From a virus (taxonomy: Duplodnaviria; Caudoviricetes): a DNA stretch of 31,491 nucleotides. The notes beneath the pieces are model-generated. The model did not search any database. It saw nothing but the letters and a program-made list of their open reading frames with translations, and was not told the DNA's origin. Below are positions 16,639-25,781 of the stretch, in pieces. Each line of letters starts with the position of its first letter. The first letter of the stretch is position 1. The DNA is taken from positions 1 through 31,491 of IMG/VR virus record IMGVR_UViG_3300032239_000877; one strand, written 5' to 3'. The position numbers and the translations under genes were made by a program.

Positions 16639-19298
16639 GCGAAGAAAACCACTCCTCAATATACGGGGCGTCAAAATCTTCGAGTAGTGTTTCCAGCTCC
16701 TCGTCGAGTTCGTCTAGTTCCTCAAGTTCTTCCAGCTCTTCGTCATCCTCTAGCTCCTCCAGCTCGTCGAGTTCTTCAGGCTCATCATCGTCTTCTTTCT
16801 CTTCGAGTTCTTCCTCAAGTTCGTCGTCAAGTTCTTCCTCGTCTTCGTCCTCATCATCCTCTAGTTCTTCTTCATCGTCTTCTTCATCATCTTCCTCATC
16901 CTCATCATCTTCTTCATCGTCCTCGTCCTCTTCCTCAAGCTCATCTTCAGGTTCGTCGAGTTCTTCATCATCCTCTTCATCCGGATCGTCCTCGTCGTCA
17001 TCCTCTGGAAGCTCCTCATCTGGATCATCTAGCTCGTCTGGAAGTTCTTCATCAGGAAGTTCTTCATCAGGAAGTTCTTCATCAGGAAGTTCTTCGTCTG
17101 GAAGTTCTTCATCAGGCTCTTCATCAGGCTCTTCATCAGGCTCTTCATCAGGAAGTTCTTCGTTTAGTTCAGGAAGCTCCTCATCAGGTAGTTCGTCCGG
17201 CTCATCAGGTAGTTCGTCCGGTTCAAGCTCAGGTTCGTCCGGTTCAAGCTCAGGTTCGTCCGGCTCCAGTTCATTTTCGTCCGGAAGTTCCTCAGGTTCG
17301 TCCGGAAGTTCCTCGGGTGGTAGCTCGTCAGGCGGCTCGTCTTCTGGGGGTTCATCGTCAGGAGGTAGTTCTGGTGGTAGTTCATCTGGAGGAGGCTCGT
17401 CTGCGCCTTCCTCTTCAGGAGGTAGTTCTGGAGGCTCTTCGGCATCTGGTTCCGGTAGTGGATCAGGCTCAGGGTCGGGTTCCGGATCAGGTTCCGGCTC
17501 GGGTTCCGGTAGTAGTTCGGGAGGCTCTTCATCTGGCTCTGGCAGTACCTCATCTTCGGCAAGCGGCTCTGGTGGTTCATCATCGACATCCGGATCAGGA
17601 GGATCATCGTCCTCCTTTTCCAGCAGTGGCTCGTCTTCAGGTGGTTCTTCATCTTCCAGTGGAGGCTCCTCCTCTACCTCAGGTTCCGGTAGTGGTTCTT
17701 CCTCAACTTCAGGTTCGGGTGGGTCTTCCGGATCAGGAAGCGGTTCTGGTGGTGGGTCAGGATCAGGTTCCGGTAGTGGCTCTGACTCCGGATCGGGTTC
17801 CGGTAGCGGTTCGGGAGGCTCTTCTGGAGGCTCCTCAGGTGGAGGCTCTGGGAGCGGGTCAGGGGGTTCTTCAGGGGGTTCTTCAGGGGGTTCTTCGGGT
17901 GGATCGTCCGGAGGTGGTTCTGGATCAGGCTCAGGCTCTAGCGGTTCTGGAGGTGAGTCTGGGTCTTCAGGAGGCTCTGATTCTGGAAGTGGTTCGGGGG
18001 GTTCTTCTTCGTCTTCCGGCCAAGGCTCCTCCTCCGGATCGGGTGGGGGTTCATCGTCCGGCTCTGGTGGTTCGTCAGGGGGTTCTGATAATAACCACAG
18101 TAACTCAGATCATTGCGAAGGGGATTGCTGTAACGGTGGGTGCTGTGACCCATCTTGCGATTGTAATAATGGCAATGGGGGATGCTGCGATAACAATGGG
18201 AACTGCGACAGTTCTGGTGGTAACTCCGGAGGTTCTTCAGGTGGTTCAGGGGGTTCAGGCTCCGGAGGTTCTGGTGGATCTGGTTCTGGCAGCGGTGGAT
18301 CAGGTTCCTCTGGTTCTGGTGGATCATCAGGCGGTTCAGGCGGTTCAGGCGGTTCAGGTGGATCGGGAGGAGGTTCCGGTAGTGGCTCAGGGTCGGGTAG
18401 CGGGAGTGGTTCCGGTAGTGGATCAGGTTCCGGTAGTGGTTCCGGATCAGGTTCCGGCTCGGGGAGTGGATCAGGCTCCGGTTCCGGCTCTGGGAGTGGC
18501 TCTGGTTCTGGCTCTGGTTCCGGAAGCGGATCAGGGAGTGGATCAGGTAGTGGATCAGGGTCAGGTTCAGGATCAGGGAGCGGTTCAGGTAGTGGTTCAG
18601 GTAGCGGGTCAGGCTCCGGCTCTTCAGGCTCTTCAGGTTCGAGTGGCGGAGGGGGAGGTCAGCCTAACTCGTCTTCTTCATCGTCTGGAGGTTCCTCATC
18701 TTCATCCTCAGACGGGGATTCCTCCTCCTCCTCTTCTGACACTGCGGGTATGTCCTCATCCAGTATGGCACGACCTGTTATGGGTAGTTCTTCTACAAGT
18801 GGTTCGGGTTCCGGTAGTGGTTCAGGCTCAGGGTCGGGTTCAGGTTCAGGTTCAGGTTCAGGCAGTGGCTCAGTAAGTGGTTCCGGTGGGTCAACGTCTG
18901 TATCAGGTTCGGGTGGCTCTTCTGGAGGAAGTACAGGTGGTTCTGGATCAGGTTCCGGTGGGGGTAGTGGCGGTGGTGGTGGTGGCGGTGGCGGGGGTGG
19001 CGGCACTTCAGGGGGTGGTGGTGGAACCTCAGGGGGAGGTGGCGGAACTTCCGGAGGGGGTGGAGGTGGAGGCGGCGGAGGCGGCGGAGGCGGTGGAGGG
19101 GGGCCAACACACAAATGCCCAAAAAGCACATGTGGTGGTAATAATGAGTGTTGCCCAGATGAGGACGGGCACAAATGTGGGACTTGTACTGGTGGGACTA
19201 GCTCAGATGGGACTGACCTTGCAGGAACTCCATGCTGCTGTTGCCCAAGCCAACAAGCACCCACTGGGCCAAATTGTTCGTGTGTTTTCGTTGGGTAG
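16635..19298 (+). CDS. Ser/Gly low-complexity protein with two Cys-rich clusters (887 aa)
   Basis: Uninterrupted ORF, ATGA-coupled to the upstream gene; poly-Ser, (SG)n and poly-Gly tracts use mixed synonymous codons. Confidence 0.85.
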   Translation: MSEENHSSIYGASKSSSSVSSSSSSSSSSSSSSSSSSSSSSSSSSSSSGSSSSSFSSSSSSSSSSSSSSSSSSSSSSSSSSSSSSSSSSSSSSSSSSSSSSSSSSGSSSSSSSSSSGSSSSSSSGSSSSGSSSSSGSSSSGSSSSGSSSSGSSSSGSSSSGSSSGSSSGSSSGSSSFSSGSSSSGSSSGSSGSSSGSSSGSSGSSSGSSGSSSFSSGSSSGSSGSSSGGSSSGGSSSGGSSSGGSSGGSSSGGGSSAPSSSGGSSGGSSASGSGSGSGSGSGSGSGSGSGSGSSSGGSSSGSGSTSSSASGSGGSSSTSGSGGSSSSFSSSGSSSGGSSSSSGGSSSTSGSGSGSSSTSGSGGSSGSGSGSGGGSGSGSGSGSDSGSGSGSGSGGSSGGSSGGGSGSGSGGSSGGSSGGSSGGSSGGGSGSGSGSSGSGGESGSSGGSDSGSGSGGSSSSSGQGSSSGSGGGSSSGSGGSSGGSDNNHSNSDHCEGDCCNGGCCDPSCDCNNGNGGCCDNNGNCDSSGGNSGGSSGGSGGSGSGGSGGSGSGSGGSGSSGSGGSSGGSGGSGGSGGSGGGSGSGSGSGSGSGSGSGSGSGSGSGSGSGSGSGSGSGSGSGSGSGSGSGSGSGSGSGSGSGSGSGSGSGSGSGSGSGSGSGSGSSGSSGSSGGGGGQPNSSSSSSGGSSSSSSDGDSSSSSSDTAGMSSSSMARPVMGSSSTSGSGSGSGSGSGSGSGSGSGSGSGSVSGSGGSTSVSGSGGSSGGSTGGSGSGSGGGSGGGGGGGGGGGGTSGGGGGTSGGGGGTSGGGGGGGGGGGGGGGGGPTHKCPKSTCGGNNECCPDEDGHKCGTCTGGTSSDGTDLAGTPCCCCPSQQAPTGPNCSCVFVG

Positions 19299-19318
19299 TA
19301 AAGTAAAGGAAGAACGCT

Positions 19319-19942
19319 ATGTCATACTCAGAAGAAAGGTTGAAGCTAGTCATGTACTCCATGACTCTGGATGAGCGTCCTAAGAATAGGGCCATGTGGC
19401 TTTCGCGTGGGTTCAAGAAGGTTCATGCGCGGGGACATGATTCCCTTTTCAACTATTGGAAGAAGCGTATGAGGACTGACCTAGACTCTCTCATCTTGTT
19501 CGAGAACTCATGGGCGAAGTATCAAAAGCATATAGCTACTTTGAAGGCTGGGCCTAAGCTAAGCAACAAGCTAAGGAACCCTGTCACGCAAGACCAATTT
19601 AATGCTCGTCTTGCTGTGTGTGCTGGGTGCGAAAAACTGAACAAGAAGATGTCTGTCAATGGCGTCTGCGAGGCTTGTGGGTGTGATATTCCTACGAAGA
19701 TCAGTAACCCAGACGAGGCGTGCCCTCTTTCCAAGTGGGGTTCTGTGGATACTGGTCTTCCCCATAATGGGTGTACTAACCCTCAGGCGGCTAACTTCGA
19801 CCCAAGTGCGTCAGAAGACGACGGAACTTGCGTGACATGTGCCTCAAGTGGGGCTTGTTATGGGGGAGACGATGGCACCGCTACATTTACAGGTGCTTTC
19901 GCTGCAAGTAATGGAATATATTACCCAAGCTGTTTCGGATAA
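19319..19942 (+). CDS. Cys-rich protein (DUF6171-like motif plus GCTNP...DDGTC motif)
   Basis: RLAVCAGCE...CEACGC...K...ACPLSKW followed by GCTNPQAANFDPSASEDDGTC. Confidence 0.7.
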   Translation: MSYSEERLKLVMYSMTLDERPKNRAMWLSRGFKKVHARGHDSLFNYWKKRMRTDLDSLILFENSWAKYQKHIATLKAGPKLSNKLRNPVTQDQFNARLAVCAGCEKLNKKMSVNGVCEACGCDIPTKISNPDEACPLSKWGSVDTGLPHNGCTNPQAANFDPSASEDDGTCVTCASSGACYGGDDGTATFTGAFAASNGIYYPSCFG

Positions 19943-19945
19943 AAT

Positions 19946-20512
19946 ATGAATACTTCACTTATTCCAGCCTGCCTTCATGCCATAGAGTTCCCTGATAAGG
20001 AGGGCCATAAAGAGTTCTTGGATGAACTCGTCAAGCTTATCCCTGAGGCTCAGGATCGAATCCTTCGTGTGAACCTGTCTGGTATGCGTACAGCTACAGG
20101 TGTGCTTACTCCCGAGGCCCTTCTGCTAGTGGATACACTGAACCTTGGAGTCAAGCGGCTGTACCCACTCGTAACGAATAAGCCGGACATGGTTAAGGCT
20201 ATGGGGGACGAACACCACGCTCACGTAACAGCCCTAATTAAGAACTCGAAGGACGCTCTCCCAAGCCTGACAACAATGGCTAAGAGTGCCCTTACCAGCG
20301 TTCTTAACTTCGGTAAGAGTGGGTTCGCTCAGGCTACCCCTCAGCAGTATAAGGATCGTCTTAACATTTGCCGGATGTGTACTCGGTTCAATCCAAAGGC
20401 TTACAGGAATACAGGTCGGTGTATGGAGTGCGGTTGTTCTACAAAGATTAAACTTGTCATTGCGGCTGAGGCTTGTCCTTTGGCGAAATGGTTCCCAGTG
20501 AATAACAACTGA
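19946..20512 (+). CDS. Cys-rich protein with C-terminal DUF6171-like motif
   Basis: RLNICRMCT...CMECGC...K...ACPLAKW, the same domain as in the preceding gene. Confidence 0.7.
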   Translation: MNTSLIPACLHAIEFPDKEGHKEFLDELVKLIPEAQDRILRVNLSGMRTATGVLTPEALLLVDTLNLGVKRLYPLVTNKPDMVKAMGDEHHAHVTALIKNSKDALPSLTTMAKSALTSVLNFGKSGFAQATPQQYKDRLNICRMCTRFNPKAYRNTGRCMECGCSTKIKLVIAAEACPLAKWFPVNNN

Positions 20513-20553
20513 GTTGGGTTGACTGATTCACTGTTTCATGTAAAGAAACAGGG

Positions 20554-21207
20554 ATGGCGAAAGAGAATAAACATCGTGGGCGGACAATGATTCTCCCACC
20601 TATCGAGGGCAAAAAGGTAATGTTCTTCCACCTACCTAAAACAGGTGGTCAGTCAATCTATGATGCGTTTGGGAGTTTCCCTCAGACGCACACCACTCTC
20701 CAACATTCGGCGCGGCAACAGGAACTAAAAGAGGTAAGCTTCGCCTTTGCATTTGTGCGTCACCCATTGGATCGGTACGTCAGCTTCTTTCATTGGGTGG
20801 CTACGCTGCACAAGGAGTTTGCTAAGGGGAGACGTGCGGAGCATATAGGGCTGAACATTCTCGCCCGTACAGAGAATGTGAATGACTTCTATAGGAAGTT
20901 CGATTTTCAGTATTGGGATAAGGTGAGTCTGATGCTCAAACCTCAGGCATGGATGATGTGGGACGGGGCGAAGAGGATTGACCCAAGGATGAAGATTTAC
21001 AGGTTTGAGGAGTTCGACAAGGAGTTCACTCGCCTTTGCAACGATCTTAATATACCAGAGTCGAGACATCCCAAGCTCCGCCATCTGAATGGTACGGGGG
21101 GAAGAGGGTGGGAATCAGAACTTGAAGACGATGTAGTTGAAAAACTTTGCATCCGGAACAAGATTGATTTCGATCAACTTCCCTTCTACGAAAACCCGCT
21201 TGCGTAA
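20554..21207 (+). CDS. Sulfotransferase family 2 (PAPS-dependent) protein
   Basis: 5'-PSB FFHLPKTGGQSI, 3'-PB FAFVRHPLDRYVS, plus PQ, YRFE and HLN motifs. Confidence 0.88.
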   Translation: MAKENKHRGRTMILPPIEGKKVMFFHLPKTGGQSIYDAFGSFPQTHTTLQHSARQQELKEVSFAFAFVRHPLDRYVSFFHWVATLHKEFAKGRRAEHIGLNILARTENVNDFYRKFDFQYWDKVSLMLKPQAWMMWDGAKRIDPRMKIYRFEEFDKEFTRLCNDLNIPESRHPKLRHLNGTGGRGWESELEDDVVEKLCIRNKIDFDQLPFYENPLA

Positions 21208-21208
21208 T

Positions 21209-21223
21209 TTGAACGACGTGCAA
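21209..21223. promoter_or_regulatory. Palindrome copy 6 (one mismatch)
   Basis: TTGAACGACGTGCAA fills most of the 20-bp gap between two genes. Confidence 0.7.
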
Positions 21224-21227
21224 AATA

Positions 21228-21914
21228 ATGAGAAAAGTTTTATACACCTGTGCTAACTCTGCAACCCCGTGGTGGTTCTCTACCACAAAGGCGTTCGTGG
21301 AGGCTTACTGTCAGAAGTATGGGATTGAGTTAATCAATCTCCCTGAACCTGTCGGATACCAACCCCAGTGGGTTATCTTCGACGCTTTCCGTGAGTCTTT
21401 GAAACTTCCAGAAGGTTCTCAGGCTGCGTGGATTGATTCCGACATCGTTATTCACGACGACGCTCCAAACATCTTCGACACTGAAGACAAGCTATTTTTC
21501 TGCCCACCAGACCCTTATGGTTTCGTCCCAACGAAGATGCTGAACACGGCACAGAGGAATAAGATGATTCACCCCCGCCCATATTTGGTCTCCGGTGTGG
21601 TGAAGTGGAGTCAGCGTCATGTTGTGAAGATTCTTCAGTGGTTCGATGATAATAATCAGTACCACCCTAACGTCTACGGGGATCAGGAACTACTTGCCCT
21701 TGCTGCATATACCACAGAGACGTACTTCACCTACTTCCCTGCGTCTTGGCATAGGGCGTATGGGAACGCACACAAAGCCTGCCGTGGGTTCCTACATGCG
21801 GGTGGGAATAACAAAGCAATGAAACTTCGTCGCCTTACCACGCTGGTGGATGAGCGGAGGGCGTTAATTGCATCAGGAGCAATTCATAAGAAGGAGGCTA
21901 CTCCAAATGTTTGA
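21228..21914 (+). CDS. GT-A fold glycosyltransferase (GT34/GT8-like)
   Basis: AYCQKYG, WIDSDI (DxD), SGV, GDQELL and FLHAGG motifs. Confidence 0.78.
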   Translation: MRKVLYTCANSATPWWFSTTKAFVEAYCQKYGIELINLPEPVGYQPQWVIFDAFRESLKLPEGSQAAWIDSDIVIHDDAPNIFDTEDKLFFCPPDPYGFVPTKMLNTAQRNKMIHPRPYLVSGVVKWSQRHVVKILQWFDDNNQYHPNVYGDQELLALAAYTTETYFTYFPASWHRAYGNAHKACRGFLHAGGNNKAMKLRRLTTLVDERRALIASGAIHKKEATPNV

Positions 21915-22614
21915 TGCAATTCAGGTTCACATTCCAAAAACAGGCGGGGCTTATGTTAAGTCTTCTGTTGACCCGATAAACCCATCGAACGGGTTTCATC
22001 AGTTTCGTTCTGCGAAGATTCAGAAGTTCGTAAAGAACTATGACATCCCGTTTGTGTTCGCTTTCCTACGTGATCCAGTTGAGCGTGCAGTGTCCGTGTT
22101 CTATTCTCTGAATCAGGCAAGCGACCCAACACGGCGTGGTTCGATTGATTCAAAGAAGAAACTGGCGATGGTGTTTTATGTTATGACTCAGGCGCAGGGC
22201 CTAACGTGCGATGCGTTCTGGGCTGCGATGCTCAAGGATAATGGTCATTTGATTCGTCAGCTTCGTAGGTTTATCCCACACTTCAAAAGCCAATCCCACT
22301 GGCTTCATGGGGATAAACATAAGTTGGTGCGCCTTTACAACTCTTCCAACATGGGGCCTGAGGTTGACAGGCTGCTTTCCGATTTAGGTAGGCCAGCGTC
22401 GGTAGCCAAGGCCCCTGTAGGGAAGTCAATGAACGTAGAGGGCGAATTGTCCGCTGAGACGATCAAAAGCCTCAGATCGTGGTATGCTGGCGATTGTAAG
22501 CTTCTGGAAGGCATTAGCGTGGGGAAGGAGGCCACTCCGGCAGTGGTGATTCCTGAGGTTCCTCTTATCGAAAAGAAATCAACTAGGGCTAGAAAGCCAC
22601 AAGATAGAAAGTAA
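21907..22614 (+). CDS. Second sulfotransferase family 2 protein (start revised to MFDAIQV)
   Basis: VHIPKTGG, FAFLRDPVERAVS and HFKSQ motifs. Confidence 0.85.
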   Translation: MFDAIQVHIPKTGGAYVKSSVDPINPSNGFHQFRSAKIQKFVKNYDIPFVFAFLRDPVERAVSVFYSLNQASDPTRRGSIDSKKKLAMVFYVMTQAQGLTCDAFWAAMLKDNGHLIRQLRRFIPHFKSQSHWLHGDKHKLVRLYNSSNMGPEVDRLLSDLGRPASVAKAPVGKSMNVEGELSAETIKSLRSWYAGDCKLLEGISVGKEATPAVVIPEVPLIEKKSTRARKPQDRK

Positions 22615-22616
22615 TT

Positions 22617-23753
22617 ATGGGTAAAACAGTGATCGCATACCCCTTGAAAAAGGGCGGCTCTAATTGGAACAACGGTGAGCTGAGGGCAAGTCTTCGATCA
22701 GTTGAGATGCACTGGAAAGGCGGATATGATATGGTGTCCGTCTACGGTTCAGGTGTTCCAGCTTGGGTGAACCGTAACACGGTGAATGTGGTAGAGGCTC
22801 CTTCGTACATGGATGCGTGGCGTCAGGCGATGTCGGACGCAGGGGATGGCGGAAGGATTATCTGGATGAATGATGACATTTCGTTCGTCAAGGATACATG
22901 CTGGGAGGACTTGCTGAATCCAGTTCGTCGCATCTGCCCTAATCAGGTAGGGAAGCGGACGGCAATGAAGTGGGCTGAGTCGTCTAATGGGTGGCGCAGA
23001 CGGATGGGGATTGTGATGCAAATGCTCATCGAGCGTGGGCACACTACCTTCAACTTCGCTTCCCACACTCCTTATGCCTTCGAGGTTGACAAGCTTCGCC
23101 ACATCTTCGACGTGTATGGGAAACTTGGGTACAAGCTTTCAGTCGAGTGTGCGTATTACAACACCTACCTTAAAGAGTTCGGTGGTACTGTCCGGATTCG
23201 GGATAAGTATAGGACAACGAATGTTCGTCCAATTCCTGATGATTTGCGCCATATTCGATTCATTAACTTGTGTGATGGTGGCTTAGGCCCAGAGATGAAA
23301 GGGTACATGCAAGGCAGGTTCCCAAACCCCTCCAAATTTGAGATGTTCGGGGCACCAGCAGACCCAGTAAGGAAGAAGTCATTTAAGACTGACGGTTCAG
23401 GGGATAAAAGACGCCCAGACCTGAAGGGGAAGAATAAAAAGGCCCAAACAAAAGAGGAGCCTGCCCCCTCACCGAACCCAGTGGATTCCGGTAGGGTTGT
23501 TGAGCCTATTCAGGTTGAGGTTGTACCCGCCCCTCAGCCCGTGCGTGTTGAGGTTCCAAAGATGTCTAGCAAGGAAAAACTCGCCTTGGCTAGGAAGAGG
23601 GCGGCAGATCTGCGGGGTGGGCTTACTGTGGCGGCATCCCCATCAGTCGTTAAGTCTAAGAATAGCACGTCACCTGTGGATAACGTCAAAGAGCCTCAGA
23701 ATATGGAATCAGAGGACGAAGATGAGTCATCTGACTCTGACCATGATTCGTAG
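22617..23753 (+). CDS. Stealth-like sugar-phosphate transferase with low-complexity C-tail
   Basis: ELRASLRSV (compare Stealth CR2 ELRYSLRS), GVPAWVN, IIWMNDD, SHTPY, FINLCD and RFPNPSKFE. Confidence 0.68.
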   Translation: MGKTVIAYPLKKGGSNWNNGELRASLRSVEMHWKGGYDMVSVYGSGVPAWVNRNTVNVVEAPSYMDAWRQAMSDAGDGGRIIWMNDDISFVKDTCWEDLLNPVRRICPNQVGKRTAMKWAESSNGWRRRMGIVMQMLIERGHTTFNFASHTPYAFEVDKLRHIFDVYGKLGYKLSVECAYYNTYLKEFGGTVRIRDKYRTTNVRPIPDDLRHIRFINLCDGGLGPEMKGYMQGRFPNPSKFEMFGAPADPVRKKSFKTDGSGDKRRPDLKGKNKKAQTKEEPAPSPNPVDSGRVVEPIQVEVVPAPQPVRVEVPKMSSKEKLALARKRAADLRGGLTVAASPSVVKSKNSTSPVDNVKEPQNMESEDEDESSDSDHDS

Positions 23754-23793
23754 GTTGCTTTAGTAGCGTCTCCAAAATAAGACTATTGCGTTT

Positions 23794-24048
23794 ATGAAAA
23801 CAGGCCAAATATCTCCAAGTAAGAACGGGGCTGCGGTTGTCCCAGACGACGACAACGATCTCCCAAACGAGGCTCAGAAAGGGTGGTCTGTTAATCAGGA
23901 CGGGTATGTCAGTTTGCTCCTAACGGATATGGCTGACACTGATACACCGATCATTGTTGCGGCTCGTTCAGGAGTACGTTACCCAGACCATGTTCGTCGG
24001 GTTATGGCTACAGGAACAACTGCAACTGGGATAAACGCATACTGGTAA
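23794..24048 (+). CDS. Head spike base protein-like (RcGTA Rcc01079 family)
   Basis: AAVVPDDDNDLP...VRRVMATGTTATGINA matches the pattern of this family; typical small size. Confidence 0.7.
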   Translation: MKTGQISPSKNGAAVVPDDDNDLPNEAQKGWSVNQDGYVSLLLTDMADTDTPIIVAARSGVRYPDHVRRVMATGTTATGINAYW

Positions 24049-24049
24049 T

Positions 24050-24064
24050 TTGCACGTCGTGCAA
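24050..24064. promoter_or_regulatory. Palindrome copy 7
   Basis: TTGCACGTCGTGCAA right after the stop codon, upstream of candidate promoter TTGACT-N17-CAGGAT-N6-ATG (24103-24140). Confidence 0.8.
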
Positions 24065-24137
24065 AAGGAACAAACCTTATTGAGGCTTCCTGTTTTCGTG
24101 AGTTGACTTTGATGTCACCACTTAACAGGATTCCTCA

Positions 24138-24827
24138 ATGAGGAGGTTCTTTCTACTGCTATCAATAGGGGCGTTCGTATCTGGGTGCGCCTCGCAAAAC
24201 AGCAGGAACTTTGCTCCTCCTGCAACTGGGGTATTCGCCCCACCTAAGTCAGAGTCCGTGGATGTGTCCCCAGTATTTAATGGGGTATCGGGTGTGCGGG
24301 ACTCGGTTGACAGAACCTACCAAGTTGTCAGGGATTTGGGGTCTAAGCTGGATCATGCCTCACTTGAGTCAACGAAGGCTCTGGATTCTGCTCAGAGTGC
24401 GTTCGATAAGGGAGTTCAGGCGGGTAGTGAAGCGGCTAAGATTCTTCGGGATCATGTAGCTCAAGTGAATGGTGAGTTAGCCAGCACTAAGCAGGAGAAA
24501 GACAAGCTTGGGGGTGAACTTGAATCCTCAAGAAAAGAGTTGAGTTTGCTGAGCATAGAGGTTGGAAAACTGACTGTCTCCCTTACCAAGATGGAGGCAG
24601 AAACACTTTCATTGCGTGCTTCATTGAATGAGGCCAACACTCGAATTGAATCGAGTGCTAAAGCAGTAACAGCTCTCCAAGAGAGCGTAGCCAAGAGTGA
24701 TGCGGTGATTGCCAACAAGTCAAAATGGGTATGGCGGTGGGCTTGTTCCTTCTTCCTTCTCTTGGCACTGAATGTTGTTTTTGTAGCTGGGAAGCTCCAA
24801 GGATGGAGTTTCCTCCCTAGGCTCTAA
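24138..24827 (+). CDS. Putative unimolecular spanin (lipoprotein signal, coiled coil, C-terminal TM)
   Basis: MRRFFLLLSIGAFVSG-C17 lipobox, long heptad region, C-terminal hydrophobic WACSFFLLLALNVVFVAG; near the endolysin. Confidence 0.65.
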   Translation: MRRFFLLLSIGAFVSGCASQNSRNFAPPATGVFAPPKSESVDVSPVFNGVSGVRDSVDRTYQVVRDLGSKLDHASLESTKALDSAQSAFDKGVQAGSEAAKILRDHVAQVNGELASTKQEKDKLGGELESSRKELSLLSIEVGKLTVSLTKMEAETLSLRASLNEANTRIESSAKAVTALQESVAKSDAVIANKSKWVWRWACSFFLLLALNVVFVAGKLQGWSFLPRL

Positions 24828-24856
24828 ACCCATTCACAACCCCACAACGATGTCTC

Positions 24857-25162
24857 ATGTCACAATCTCAGACTCCATGTTCTTCTACGGAAGGGTGCCC
24901 GAATTGCAACCCCGTACCACGTCCGCCCTCTACTCCAAATTTAGAGGTACTGGATGCACTCTCGAAGATGCAGCAGGCACTAAAAAGAGTGGAGAGTGCT
25001 GTGTCGGGGGACACTGCGATGGGGCAGGAGGGTGTGGTTGTTCGCCTGTCTCGGATAGAGGGCAAGGTGGACTTGCACGAAAAGAAATTCCTTCAGATGG
25101 CGACAGCGGGAGTGGTGCTTCTTGGGGCGGCTCAGTTTCTTCAATGGCTGCTCAAGCACTGA
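24857..25162 (+). CDS. Small coiled-coil protein with one C-terminal TM (holin-associated/XhlA-like architecture)
   Basis: Amphipathic helices then ATAGVVLLGAAQFLQWLL; lies in the lysis module. Confidence 0.65.
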   Translation: MSQSQTPCSSTEGCPNCNPVPRPPSTPNLEVLDALSKMQQALKRVESAVSGDTAMGQEGVVVRLSRIEGKVDLHEKKFLQMATAGVVLLGAAQFLQWLLKH

Positions 25163-25731
25163 CCCATGCTTTATTGCTTGAGCAATCCCTCTCTATCCCA
25201 GAGTGGCAGGTTTTAGGTGTTTCTGAGTCTGACAGAGCGTGGGCTGCTGAGCGTGCGGAATGGGATAACTTCCCCCAGCTATTCAATACGGCTGTGCGTA
25301 TGGCTGCAAATTCCTGTGAGGCTCCAATCTGTCTCCTAAGCGTTCTCAACAGCTCCCATAAGATAGTTAAGTTTTCATGGGGCTTGACAATCGGATCTGT
25401 TCCCCGCCCAGAATCATTCTGCGCCTATACTATTCAGGTCACATCGAACACAGCCTTCGTGGTAGAGGACGCTCTTCTCGACCTGCGTTTTTCATCCTCG
25501 CCTTTGATGTCTGGCAATGCTGGGATTCGTTTTTATTGCGGTGTCCCAATAACGATTGACGGAATAAACATAGGGTCACTTTGCGTGATGGATACTAAGC
25601 CAAGGGCTGCTGTATTCGACCATGTTAGGAAGTTGATTAGGATTCGTGATTTTGTTGCAAAACACATAACAGTCCCAAAGCGTAGGTGGTATCACCGTTT
25701 GTTCGATAAAGGGCAGACGATAGTGGTCTGA
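25144..25731 (+). CDS. Stand-alone GAF domain protein (about 195 aa)
   Basis: PICLLS, PRPESFCAYTI, VVEDALLDLRF..SPL...GIRFYCGVPI and IGSLCVMDTKPR are canonical GAF motifs. Start revised to in-frame ATG 25144. Confidence 0.85.
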   Translation: MAAQALTHALLLEQSLSIPEWQVLGVSESDRAWAAERAEWDNFPQLFNTAVRMAANSCEAPICLLSVLNSSHKIVKFSWGLTIGSVPRPESFCAYTIQVTSNTAFVVEDALLDLRFSSSPLMSGNAGIRFYCGVPITIDGINIGSLCVMDTKPRAAVFDHVRKLIRIRDFVAKHITVPKRRWYHRLFDKGQTIVV

Positions 25732-25781
25732 GCTTAATTTGATTGACTCGGTGGGTGTGGAACACACTTATCTGGGTCACT

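Noticed and set aside
16687-19374. Long alternative-frame and antisense ORFs over the S/G gene (729 aa, 201 aa Pro/Glu-rich, others)
   Set aside because: These are expected by-products of Ser/Gly codon runs, which rarely create stops in other frames; no independent start context.
24850-25143. N-terminal part of the 293-aa ORF as a real extension of the GAF protein
   Set aside because: It overlaps the more protein-like 24857..25162 in another frame, and an in-frame ATG at 25144 gives a compact GAF protein. Dual coding is not fully excluded.
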